The notes beneath the pieces are model-generated. The model was not told the DNA's origin, did no database searches, and worked only from the letters and a program-made list of their open reading frames with translations. DNA of 56,188 nucleotides from a virus (taxonomy: Duplodnaviria > Caudoviricetes). Shown here piece by piece: positions 55,996 to 56,188 of this stretch (the first letter of the stretch is position 1; the number at the start of each line of letters is the position of its first letter). The stretch spans positions 1 through 56,188 of IMG/VR virus record IMGVR_UViG_3300030329_001842. One strand, given 5' to 3'. The position numbers were made by a program, and so were the translations under genes.

Positions 55996-56188
55996 AGTCT
56001 CCTTTCGCATTTAATAAGAATTCAACTTCACTCCATTCATTCTCAACTACCCAGCGGTAGTCTTCTTTTGTTTTAAACATATCTGGCCAGTCACCCCCCA
56101 CTACTTCTACAGTAGAAGCAGATGGAGCATCAGCTAATATGTTCACAGTCTCACCAGTAAATGGGTCTGTTATCTCTATGTCTTGGCA
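55937..56188 (-). CDS. hypothetical protein, truncated by the window edge
   Basis: Frame is open to the end of the window (QDIEITDPFTGETVNILADAP...). Confidence 0.55.
   Translation of the reverse strand, partial: CQDIEITDPFTGETVNILADAPSASTVEVVGGDWPDMFKTKEDYRWVVENEWSEVEFLLNAKGDYGKEEVEEIKSWKHREKSR

Overview
A 56-kb segment of a head-tail (Caudoviricetes, siphovirus-like) dsDNA virus that almost certainly infects an archaeon, probably Marine Group II/Poseidoniales (magrovirus-like; host assignment is inference). Evidence: archaeal BRE-TATA promoters (GAAAGCTTTATATA), often leaderless genes, an archaeo-eukaryotic primase, family B polymerase and aIF-1A. Layout: (i) 1-1800, minus strand, with micro-ORFs, tRNA-Glu(TTC) and a long, highly structured non-coding stretch; (ii) 2048-41517, plus strand, with accessory genes, terminase, portal, protease/scaffold, HK97 capsid, fibres including a 2310-aa collagen with a C-terminal Hint domain, neck, two tail-tube paralogues, frameshifted tail chaperones, tape measure and tail-tip genes; (iii) 41514-56188, minus strand, with class II RNR, microproteins, primase, a modification cluster, PolB, phytoene/squalene synthase, MazG and aIF-1A. 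The most striking observation is a candidate animal-style collagen modification pathway in an archaeal virus: a collagen whose lysines sit in G-X-K-G, a stand-alone PLOD-like lysyl hydroxylase, a circularly permuted PLOD-like glycosyltransferase, a COLGALT-like GT25, three further 2OG-Fe(II) oxygenases and sulfotransferases. All calls come from motif recognition by eye; no database search or folding program was run.
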